Shown here piece by piece: positions 9,197 through 18,354 of a stretch of DNA of 64,000 bases. The notes under the pieces are model-generated. The model made no database searches. It saw only the letters and a program-made list of their open reading frames with translations, and was not told the DNA's origin. The DNA lies in IMG/VR virus record IMGVR_UViG_3300002835_000123. One strand, 5' to 3'. Source of the DNA: an uncultured virus (IMG/VR IMGVR_UViG_3300002835_000123). Taxonomy: Duplodnaviria > Heunggongvirae > Uroviricota > Caudoviricetes. The stretch's first letter is position 1, and the number at the start of each line of letters is the position of its first letter. A program made the translations under genes and the position numbers.

Positions 9197-12100
9197 ATGT
9201 CGGAATATTTAGCACCCAACGGAAAACCAAGTAACCTTAATCCCGAACAATATAAATTGGTTCGCACAAAAGCGTTCAAGGATTGGTTTGGTGATTGGGA
9301 GAACGACCCTGCAAACGCAAGTAAAGTAGTTGATGAAAATGGTGAGCCTTTGGTTTGTAGGCATTATAGTCAAAAGCCAATTAGGTTTAATGAATTTACA
9401 AAACAAAAACCAAACGATACAATAAATTTTATCTCTTTCGCCAAAGAGGGATATTACTTTTCATCTACTGATAAAAAAAGTATTGAAAAAATTTACAATA
9501 GAAGTAAGAAAGGTTTACTTTACGAAGTTTTTTTGAATGTCAAAAACATTTTAGATTTAGGAAAGTATAATGCCTATGATTTTACAACAAAAAAAGCAGT
9601 TAATTGGAAAGAATTTACTTTTGAAATGCTACAAAAATATGTGATAAAGGGGAGGATAGGTAGTTTTGATGATTATACTGAATACAATGAAAATGTCAAT
9701 GCTTTTTGGATGGATGAAATAGATGAAAAAGCAAAAAATCAAATTTTGAAATTAGGATATAATGGAGTTTGGGGGGATAGAGATAAATATGCTGATTCAA
9801 TTACGGATGAATTTTATGGAACTGACCAAATCGTTGTTTTTGAACCTACACAAATAAAACTTGCAGATGGAACGAACACTACATTCGATGCAAATAATCC
9901 CGACATTCGTTTTGATGATGGGGGAAATATTTATGAAGATGAAAAATCACTTAAAATCATTATTCAAAATGTGAATAAAGAAAATAAGTATAAAGGTGCA
10001 TACAAACGTATATTTGAAATTTTAGAAGAAAGTATTGTATTTTACAATCCTTATGGAACAATATATGAAGAATTAAAAGGTACTGATTTTGAAATAGAAA
10101 TTACACCAATGCCTGAAAACAATAAAATTGAACAAATTAAAAAATTACCTAATGTTCAAATTGTAGATAGTTTTGAAACAGGCGGTGAAATACGTTTATC
10201 AGTAAATAAAATAGAAAATCAACAAGTTAGTAAATTTCTATCAAGAAATACACAACACAATGGACAATTCGTTGCAAAAAACGGAAAATTATTTTATATC
10301 ACTTTTGATTTAAGACAAAATACTTGCAAAGTATATAATGCAGAATTGTTTGTTGAAGCATTTAAAAACGGATATTTTACAGGAAATGAAGAAGTTGCGG
10401 TTGCAGTATTCAGTATTGATTATGAAAATAAAACATTTAGTGGATATTCAGAAAATCAATCAATTCAAGTAAAAGAAGAATATCGTAGAATAGGTATTGC
10501 AACAGCAATTACTGATTTTGTTGAAGATGTTTTAAAAATGAAATACAAACCTTCAAAATTGTTATCAAAAGAAATGCAAGGTTTTGTAGAAAATAGATTC
10601 AAGTTTCTTAAAGGTGGTCGCACCTTAGCACAAACACCTGCACCTAAAAAAGAAAGAATTTACGGAAGCGAAAAAAATAAACCCGAAAGTTCAAAAGATA
10701 CTAAAAGTGCAAAAAAAATTAAATTCAGCGAAAAAACATTAGAAACAATTAAAAATAAGGTCGCTGAACACAATGAAAAGCATCCAAGCAAGAAAGTAAA
10801 TCTTGCAAGTGCAAAAGCAGTTGTTCGTAGGGGTATGGGTGCATATTCTTCAACACACAGACCAACAATTAGTGGCGGTAAACCAAATAGTCGTGTTGCG
10901 TGGGGATTAGCACGATTAAATGCCTTTTTCTATAAAATCATAAATGGTAAAAGCAAATCGGGTAAATACAATCAAGATGATGATTTAATAAATGAATTAG
11001 GTTACAAGGTTAAGAAATATTCAGATGGTGGAGAAATAAGTATCAATATGAGAAATGAAATTATTGATATTTTGTCTAAAAATGCAAGATATGGAAAACA
11101 AATACTTTCCGTTCAAGAAGTTGGTAATGAAGTTATTCAAAGTTGTATTGAATCAAATACATATTTTGGTAATACAATTAGACAAGCCAATGAAAATTAC
11201 ATAATGATACCTGTTAGTTACGAGGACAAATTGTGGGCGGTTGATAAAAAGGTAGGATATATTTATTTTGCTAAACCGAATGAAAATACAAAAATAAGAG
11301 TGGAGTATAAGTACGATATGCAGGATTATCCTGTGCCTATCTTATTCGATTCTGAAATAAAGAATAATCAAGAATTTTACGATGTTAATGATTATGATGA
11401 AATTAAATCATCCAAATTTGATTCTGAATTTCTTTATCGTGGAATTAATAACGATGAAATGCTTTCAATAATTGAAAATGGTTTCATAAAAAGTAATGCT
11501 TTTTTGAATATCGGTAAGCAACAAGAAGAAACTACTTCATTTGCCCAACATATTAGTCAAGCGAGTGCTTATGCCGTTGGATTTAATGCTTGGTTTGATG
11601 AAGTAACATTTGCTAAACCAAAATACATTTTAAAAGTTAAAAAAGAAGGAGTAAATTATAAACCCACAATAGAAACAGATATTGAAAATGAAGTTGATGT
11701 ATTTGGAGAAATTCCAATTCAACAAATAGAATCAATTTATGAATTTCGATTAGGCGAATGTCAAATGGGTCAAGTAGAAATTAATGTTGGTTATAATAAT
11801 GACTTTTCTGATGGTTCAAGAAGTCCAATGTTTAAAAAAGTATTTGTCAGAAAAACTGATATAAACTCAATAATAGAAAGAAATAAAATTCAAAAATCAG
11901 ATGGTGGAGATATTCAAGCGTATGAAGAATCGATGGGTATTTCTGAATTTGATGAAGGTGGCGAAAGTGGTGGCGATGTAAATTATAAAAATCAACCGAG
12001 AGATTTATCGCAAATTGAAAATTATGAAAATATCTATAAGGGTGCTGAATTTTATAGTTTTTCTGATAGTTCTGAAAAACAAGAAAAATCAGATAGATGG

Positions 12101-12766
12101 TTTGAATTATTTAGAATAAATCAAAAAGAAAGGCAATTAACTACAAGTGAGTTTATAGAATTTATGCAATTATCAAATGAATTAAGTTGGGAAGAATTTG
12201 CTGATGGTGGGCAAATAGAAATACCTTCTGAATTTTGGGGAAATGAAGCAGGAGGTGTTTTAATATATTGTCGAAAAACTAAAAGATATTTGTTACTTGA
12301 AAGAAGTAAATATGTAAATGAACCGAACACATGGAATTTAATTAGTGGTAAAATAGAAGAATATGAAAGTGTAAAGGAAGCTGTAATTAGAGAGTGTTTT
12401 GAAGAAATAGGTTTTCATATAAGTGATTTAATTCCAATTTATGAATATGAAACAAATGACTTCATTTTCCATAATTTTTTATCGGTAGTTGATGATGAAT
12501 TTCATGTTGATTTTAATTGGGAAAGTTCTGACTATGGTTGGTTTAATTTAAAAGATTTTCCAAAAAAATTACATTTTGGTCTAAAAATTCTTTTAGAAAG
12601 TGTAAATTTGATAGATATTGTAAATTCAAATAAAGAATATTACCAACGAAGAAATATAGGTGGTGGTCTTGAATATTACAAAAGAAAAGGTATAGAACAT
12701 TGGGTATTTACAACAAAAGAGGATTTTGAAAAAAATGCTCAAGAAGATAATACCATAGAATTTTAA
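9197..12766 (+). CDS. modular polyvalent protein: ART-PolyVal-like ADP-ribosyltransferase, GNAT, DUF5824-like basic domain, second R-S-E ART, Nudix
   Basis: FKDWFGDW..SKVVDENGEPLV/GYYFS/QIVVFEPTQIK; VKEEYRRIGIAT; VVRRGMGAYSSTHRP..WGLARLNAF; LYRG..TSF..ENEV; GKIEEYESVKEAVIRECFEEIG; domains separated by xxGG linkers. Confidence 0.75.
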   Translation: MSEYLAPNGKPSNLNPEQYKLVRTKAFKDWFGDWENDPANASKVVDENGEPLVCRHYSQKPIRFNEFTKQKPNDTINFISFAKEGYYFSSTDKKSIEKIYNRSKKGLLYEVFLNVKNILDLGKYNAYDFTTKKAVNWKEFTFEMLQKYVIKGRIGSFDDYTEYNENVNAFWMDEIDEKAKNQILKLGYNGVWGDRDKYADSITDEFYGTDQIVVFEPTQIKLADGTNTTFDANNPDIRFDDGGNIYEDEKSLKIIIQNVNKENKYKGAYKRIFEILEESIVFYNPYGTIYEELKGTDFEIEITPMPENNKIEQIKKLPNVQIVDSFETGGEIRLSVNKIENQQVSKFLSRNTQHNGQFVAKNGKLFYITFDLRQNTCKVYNAELFVEAFKNGYFTGNEEVAVAVFSIDYENKTFSGYSENQSIQVKEEYRRIGIATAITDFVEDVLKMKYKPSKLLSKEMQGFVENRFKFLKGGRTLAQTPAPKKERIYGSEKNKPESSKDTKSAKKIKFSEKTLETIKNKVAEHNEKHPSKKVNLASAKAVVRRGMGAYSSTHRPTISGGKPNSRVAWGLARLNAFFYKIINGKSKSGKYNQDDDLINELGYKVKKYSDGGEISINMRNEIIDILSKNARYGKQILSVQEVGNEVIQSCIESNTYFGNTIRQANENYIMIPVSYEDKLWAVDKKVGYIYFAKPNENTKIRVEYKYDMQDYPVPILFDSEIKNNQEFYDVNDYDEIKSSKFDSEFLYRGINNDEMLSIIENGFIKSNAFLNIGKQQEETTSFAQHISQASAYAVGFNAWFDEVTFAKPKYILKVKKEGVNYKPTIETDIENEVDVFGEIPIQQIESIYEFRLGECQMGQVEINVGYNNDFSDGSRSPMFKKVFVRKTDINSIIERNKIQKSDGGDIQAYEESMGISEFDEGGESGGDVNYKNQPRDLSQIENYENIYKGAEFYSFSDSSEKQEKSDRWFELFRINQKERQLTTSEFIEFMQLSNELSWEEFADGGQIEIPSEFWGNEAGGVLIYCRKTKRYLLLERSKYVNEPNTWNLISGKIEEYESVKEAVIRECFEEIGFHISDLIPIYEYETNDFIFHNFLSVVDDEFHVDFNWESSDYGWFNLKDFPKKLHFGLKILLESVNLIDIVNSNKEYYQRRNIGGGLEYYKRKGIEHWVFTTKEDFEKNAQEDNTIEF

Positions 12767-12776
12767 TATAAAAAAA

Positions 12777-14420
12777 ATGGACAAAAGAGATATAATTTCA
12801 ATGGATGTACCATTGTTCATTCGTATGCTTGAATTGGCAAGAGAAGATATTAAATCTGATGCCGAACTGCATAAAGTAGTAGACAGAGTTATTGACAAAA
12901 AAAACAAAGTCCTTACGATGGATGATTATGATTATTTTGTTCAGAATATGTCTTTTAGTAATGGAGGTGAGTTACAAAAAGGTATAAAAACCGAAATGGA
13001 AAGTAAATTAAATAATGGAGGTCAAACACCTGCACAACAAGAAAAAATTGCTAAAGTCATGCGTGAATTTAAAGAAGGAAAATTGAAAACTTCTTATGGT
13101 GAAAAAGTAACGGATGATAAACAAGCTATTGCTATTGCTTTAAGTGAAGCAGGTATTAGTCGTAAAGCAGAAGGTGGTTATGTTATTAATGAAGAAATTG
13201 CTAATAATAGCATACAAAACCCTGTTATCGGAATGGCAGTAATGAATAAAGAATCAGGTCAATTTGATAGCGTAAAATATGTTCTTGATGTTTTTGATAA
13301 CGGAAATGGAGTTAGAGTTGGCGATGATGGATATAATGAAGGAATGGAAATAGCAAACTTTAAAAAGAAATATAGACCTGCAACACAAGAAGAAGTTAAT
13401 AGGTCAAAACAAATGAGTAAATCTTTGTTGGAACTAATATTTAAAAATGGAGGTCAAATATTAAGAAATGAAAAAGGATTAGTTCAGTCTATTCCTTACA
13501 ACGATGGAAATATTAAATTAAACTTAGAATCTTATTGGTTAGACGAAGATACGGATGTCGAATTAGTGCCTGTAAGCGAATTGATAAAATTTAGAGAATT
13601 TGATAGAAATGTTGAACCAAAATGGAACAAAATAGATAGTGATAGTAATATTTTGAAATTAAAAAATTCTATTTTACAATCAGGAATTACAGAACCATTA
13701 ATTGTAGAATATTCTATTGACGATAATGCGGTTTTATTAATCGAAGGAAATCATAGGCTAAATTCAGCAATACTTTTAGGATTGGAGTATTTTCCTGTAA
13801 GAGTAGTTAAAAAAACTAAAAAATTTAATCCAAAACAACTTGAAAAAGCAATGAAAGTATCAGGAGTAAAACCAAACGAACATGGTTATATTCCGAGTAA
13901 CATGAAACCTTCTAAGGTAGGTATTAACTCAATTTCAATAATGAAAGAAGGTGGTATAATCGAAGGACAACTACATTCTGAATGTAATGACGAAACAGGA
14001 TGTGGTAGAAAGTTTCAAGTTGGTAATGGCGGTCATATAATTGAAGCAGAAAGGGATGAAGCTGTTATTGTAGCAAAGACTTTTGAAGATGAAAAAATTT
14101 ATACTATCAAAGGAACACCTTCTCAAATTGCAAGTGGATTAAATGTCATAGGTGGTGGTAAAAATTTTGATGTTGGTGCTGAAATATTAGATGAAAAAAA
14201 TGAAAAAATGAAAATACCTGAACTATCAAAAAAAGCAGAAAATACAGATGTTGATGATGTAATAGATAGTGGTTCAATTATTATTAACAGAAGGTCTATG
14301 GCTGATGGTAATAAATATGAAGTTACAGGAACAACAAAACAAATTGCAAGTGCCATAAATTCAGTTGATGGAAATGGAGTTATAATAGAGAATGGTGCAG
14401 AAATAACGAAATTAAAATAA
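12777..14420 (+). CDS. modular protein with DUF6496-like and ParB/Srx-like domains
   Basis: KIAKVMREFKEGKLK...KQAIAIALSEAG; LKNSILQSGITEPLIV...LIEGNHRL; internally duplicated C-terminus (GTPSQIAS/GTTKQIAS); five xxGG linkers. Confidence 0.7.
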   Translation: MDKRDIISMDVPLFIRMLELAREDIKSDAELHKVVDRVIDKKNKVLTMDDYDYFVQNMSFSNGGELQKGIKTEMESKLNNGGQTPAQQEKIAKVMREFKEGKLKTSYGEKVTDDKQAIAIALSEAGISRKAEGGYVINEEIANNSIQNPVIGMAVMNKESGQFDSVKYVLDVFDNGNGVRVGDDGYNEGMEIANFKKKYRPATQEEVNRSKQMSKSLLELIFKNGGQILRNEKGLVQSIPYNDGNIKLNLESYWLDEDTDVELVPVSELIKFREFDRNVEPKWNKIDSDSNILKLKNSILQSGITEPLIVEYSIDDNAVLLIEGNHRLNSAILLGLEYFPVRVVKKTKKFNPKQLEKAMKVSGVKPNEHGYIPSNMKPSKVGINSISIMKEGGIIEGQLHSECNDETGCGRKFQVGNGGHIIEAERDEAVIVAKTFEDEKIYTIKGTPSQIASGLNVIGGGKNFDVGAEILDEKNEKMKIPELSKKAENTDVDDVIDSGSIIINRRSMADGNKYEVTGTTKQIASAINSVDGNGVIIENGAEITKLK

Positions 14421-14425
14421 ATTTT

Positions 14426-17400
14426 ATGCAATTAAAAAAATTCGCTAAAGGAGGAAAAATAATCGTTCAGGAAAAAGATTATTTAAAATTTTCTAAGTTA
14501 GGAATAGTAAACAAGTATGAAATTGAAGCTATAAACGATATAGGTTTAGCTAATGTAAAATTTGATAAAGAATCTGTTTTAAAATTAGTAGAGGATAAAT
14601 TTCAAGAACTTTTAGATAAATATGAAGAAAATTTAATAAATGAAGATAGTGAAATAATAACTAAACAAATTCAATATGAAATTGAAACTCTAAAGACAGA
14701 GGGTGCAAGTTTGCAAAGTATTGAGGAAAAAGAAAAAAATATTACTGACAATGAATATAGAAAAAAATTAATTGATGAATATAGACAAACTCAAAAAGAT
14801 ACCGCTAAAACATGGGTTGATTATTTAAAACAAAGTGATTATAATACATCTTTCAAATATTTAATTTTAAAAGCAGTATTGAATTTTAATTATGACTTAA
14901 AACAGGATAAATTATTTTCAAGAAATGAAAAGACAATAAGAAATATAACACCATTTGACGCAAGTGCTTTGGCTGAATTATACACTAAAAATAGTGATTT
15001 TCTTCTAAGAGATTATATTAATATTCAATCAGAAAACTCATTAAAAGTAATAAATTCAAAAGGCACTATTGCAACAAATAAAAATGGAAGGTGGATTAAA
15101 TTTGATGGAGGTGAAAAAACTTCTGACGCACAAATAAATATAAATGCTCAAGAACTATCAAGACTTGTTCAAAATACTTTTTGGTGTACTAAATCTAATG
15201 CTTCGGGTCAACTTAAAGGAGGAGATTTTTATGTTTATGTAACTACTGAAAACAATAACGTACAACCAAGAATTGCTGTTAGAATGAATGAAGATGAAGT
15301 TGGTGAAGTTAGAGGTAACAGAAGTGATAAACAGGATTTGGAAGATGAAATGTTACCGATAGCAGAGGATTTCTTAATAAAAAATATTCCTAACAATAGT
15401 GGTGTAAAATGGCTTGATTCAATAAAATACAATGAAAAAGCATTGTATCTAAGAAAAAAAATAAAAGAAGCAGAATTTTTGACTGAAGATATATTTTCAG
15501 AAGCGAATAAAATTATTGCTCAAAAAGATAAATATAATGTTGATTATGGAGAAAATGGAAATGTAACAATATTAATTTCTGAATTAAAAAATAAAATAGA
15601 TACTTTACCTTCTTATGACAATAAGAAAAATAAATTATATTATGAAGAAGTAATATCTGCTTACAAAATACTAAATGAAATAGAACCAAGTGCATACAAC
15701 GATAATGTTATTGAATCGTATCAAATATTAATAGATTTAGATGATAGTAATAATGAGAATATTGTTTTTAAGGAACAAGTAACTACCAATATAAGCGAAA
15801 TAACATCTAAAACAAAATATTTACTTATTTTCAATACTTCATACATAAATAATGATTGGTCAAATGAAATGTATTCAAGTCTTGAATATATATATGTTAA
15901 AAAAGCTAAATTCCTTTCTATACCTAAAAAATTAAAATTTATTAGTGGCGATGCTGATTTTGAAAATTCAAAAATAACAGACTTAGGTAATTTAACTACT
16001 ATTGGTGGTGATGCTTATTTTGGAAATTCAAAAATAACAGACTTAGGTAATTTAACTACTATTGGTGGTAGTGCTTATTTCGATGATTATTCACAAATAA
16101 CAGACTTAGGTAATTTAACTACTATTGGTGGTAATGCTGATTTTGAAAATTCAAAAATAACAGACTTAGGTAATTTAACTACTATTGGTGGTAGTGCTTA
16201 TTTCGATGATTATTCACAAATAACAGACTTAGGTAATTTAACTACTATTGGTGGTAATGCTTTTTTTGAAAATTCAAAAATAACAGACTTAGGTAATTTA
16301 ACTACTATTGGTGGTGATGTTTATTTTGGAAATTCAAAAATAACAGACTTAGGTAATTTAACTACTATTGGTAGTAATGTTTATTTTGAAAATTCAAAAA
16401 TAACAGACTTAGGTAATTTAACTACTATTGGTGGTGATGCTTTTTTTGAAAATTCAAAAATAACAGACTTAGGTAATTTAACTACTATTGGTGGTGATGC
16501 TAATTTCAATATTTCACAAATAACAAAATTAGGTAATTTAACTACTATTGGTGGTGATGCTGATTTTGAAAATTCAAAAATAACAGACTTAGGTAATTTA
16601 ACTACCATTGGTGGTATTGCTAATTTTCCAAATTCAAAAATAACAGACTTAGGTAATTTAACTACTATTGGTGGTGATGCTTATTTTGGAAATTCAAAAA
16701 TAACAGACTTAGGTAATTTAACTACTATTGGTGGTTATGTTTTTTTCCATAATTCACAAATAACAGATTTAGGAAAATTAAAAGAAGTTGGAGAAATAAA
16801 ATCTTACAATACTATTTTGTATGAAAAACCAAATAATATAAAAACAATAAAATTGGTAAATTTCGAAGATTTGCCCTTGTTAAAAACAATCAAAAAAATA
16901 GAAAAAATAGAAATCAAAGAAATACGACAAGAAAAAATAGATGAAATTTTTAATTATGGCGGAAAGGAAATTTTACAAAAAATAGAAATTGAAAAAATAA
17001 ATCTATATAATTCAGAGGCTTCAGCCATATTGAACATTTTTACAGAAATTAATTCTCATGTCGAAATAAAAGATTGTTATGCTCTTGATTTAACGAATGT
17101 CAAAAAAATTAAATCATTATCAATTATACGTACAGATATTTTAAATTTTTCAGTTGAAGAAATTACAGAATCTTTTTATTATAATATTGGAAATTTTTCA
17201 GTTGGAGATTTAAAAAAGATAGGTAGTTTAGAAATACGAAATACGTTAAACAACTATTCATTAAACAACATAACTGAAATAAGAGGAGAGGCAATTATAT
17301 CAGAAAAAGCATTAGATTTAGGAAAAATAGAAAAGATAGAAGGAGATTTTGAATCTAAAAATTCTATAAAAAATAACCAATATCTTAAATATGTTGGAGG

Positions 17401-18352
17401 TAATTTATATTGGAAAGGAAATGATTTAGGGGTTTTAGAATATGTAGGCGAAACCTTACATTTAGAAACAGGACTTGTAAATTTAAACAATTTAAAATTC
17501 TGTAAATCAATTCAACCTAATGGTGCTTCTATTGAAAGTTTTGGTAATCTTACATCTGTTACAATCGAAGATAGATTTATAGGTTTGTACTATTTAAAAA
17601 CATTTGGAAATGTTAAAAGAATAACATCTACATTTGAAGATTTTAGTATATCAATAGAAGAAAATATACATTTAGAAAGTCTTGGTAATTTGGAATTTAT
17701 AGGCGGACAATTAGTATTTGGTTCAAAATTAAGAGATACAGGAAATCTAAAAAAAGTAAAATCATTAGTGGTTCAAAATAATGAAAACATAAATTTCAAA
17801 TCAATAGAAATCATTGAAAAACATTTCAATTTACAACGCTGTAAATTAAATAATTTTGGTAGTATAAATTATGTTGGGGAAATTAACATTGAATCATGTG
17901 AAATTGATTCATTTGACAATTTAAAAGAATGTGATAGTTTGAATGTTAAAAATTCTCTCATAAATTCTTTGTCTACTTTAACCACAATAAATAATTCTTG
18001 CAATATTTTAAAAAGTATAGTAAAAAGCACAGGTAAATTGAGTAGAATAGGAGGTGATTTAATTTTGCAGGAAACAGAAGTTGTTGATTTCAATGTAGAA
18101 ATTATTGAAGGAAATGCTTCATTTAGAAATTCAAATGTTGTTTCAGCAAATAAATTAGAAACTATAAAAGGTGATGCTTGGTTTGGAAATTCTAATTTAA
18201 TTAATATGGATAGCATAAAACGTATCTTAGGAAGTATTAGTTATGGAGATAATACAGCATTAAAAATCAAAATAGAACCAATATTAAAGCAAGAAATGAT
18301 AAAAAGAGGTATATTCAGAAATGGCGGTAATATACTTTTAAAAAAAAAATAA
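14426..18352 (+). CDS. large protein with PcfJ-like domain and long leucine-rich-repeat solenoid
   Basis: LVQNTFWCT...PRIAVRM...EVRG; ITDLGNLTTIGG repeats followed by degenerate LRRs; FAKGG at N-terminus and FRNGG at C-terminus. Confidence 0.75.
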   Translation: MQLKKFAKGGKIIVQEKDYLKFSKLGIVNKYEIEAINDIGLANVKFDKESVLKLVEDKFQELLDKYEENLINEDSEIITKQIQYEIETLKTEGASLQSIEEKEKNITDNEYRKKLIDEYRQTQKDTAKTWVDYLKQSDYNTSFKYLILKAVLNFNYDLKQDKLFSRNEKTIRNITPFDASALAELYTKNSDFLLRDYINIQSENSLKVINSKGTIATNKNGRWIKFDGGEKTSDAQININAQELSRLVQNTFWCTKSNASGQLKGGDFYVYVTTENNNVQPRIAVRMNEDEVGEVRGNRSDKQDLEDEMLPIAEDFLIKNIPNNSGVKWLDSIKYNEKALYLRKKIKEAEFLTEDIFSEANKIIAQKDKYNVDYGENGNVTILISELKNKIDTLPSYDNKKNKLYYEEVISAYKILNEIEPSAYNDNVIESYQILIDLDDSNNENIVFKEQVTTNISEITSKTKYLLIFNTSYINNDWSNEMYSSLEYIYVKKAKFLSIPKKLKFISGDADFENSKITDLGNLTTIGGDAYFGNSKITDLGNLTTIGGSAYFDDYSQITDLGNLTTIGGNADFENSKITDLGNLTTIGGSAYFDDYSQITDLGNLTTIGGNAFFENSKITDLGNLTTIGGDVYFGNSKITDLGNLTTIGSNVYFENSKITDLGNLTTIGGDAFFENSKITDLGNLTTIGGDANFNISQITKLGNLTTIGGDADFENSKITDLGNLTTIGGIANFPNSKITDLGNLTTIGGDAYFGNSKITDLGNLTTIGGYVFFHNSQITDLGKLKEVGEIKSYNTILYEKPNNIKTIKLVNFEDLPLLKTIKKIEKIEIKEIRQEKIDEIFNYGGKEILQKIEIEKINLYNSEASAILNIFTEINSHVEIKDCYALDLTNVKKIKSLSIIRTDILNFSVEEITESFYYNIGNFSVGDLKKIGSLEIRNTLNNYSLNNITEIRGEAIISEKALDLGKIEKIEGDFESKNSIKNNQYLKYVGGNLYWKGNDLGVLEYVGETLHLETGLVNLNNLKFCKSIQPNGASIESFGNLTSVTIEDRFIGLYYLKTFGNVKRITSTFEDFSISIEENIHLESLGNLEFIGGQLVFGSKLRDTGNLKKVKSLVVQNNENINFKSIEIIEKHFNLQRCKLNNFGSINYVGEINIESCEIDSFDNLKECDSLNVKNSLINSLSTLTTINNSCNILKSIVKSTGKLSRIGGDLILQETEVVDFNVEIIEGNASFRNSNVVSANKLETIKGDAWFGNSNLINMDSIKRILGSISYGDNTALKIKIEPILKQEMIKRGIFRNGGNILLKKK
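15948..16775 (+). repeat. coding tandem repeat, 13 full plus 1 partial units of 60/63 bp (20/21-aa LRR)
   Basis: Core AATAACAGACTTAGGTAATTTAACTACTATTGGTGGT recurs every 60 bp (63 bp in two units). Confidence 0.95.
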
Positions 18353-18354
18353 CT

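Noticed and set aside
15948..16775. CRISPR-like array (37-bp constant unit with 23-26-bp variable gaps)
   Set aside because: Gaps are homologous to each other, period is a multiple of 3, the array is in frame within an LRR gene, and no cas genes are seen
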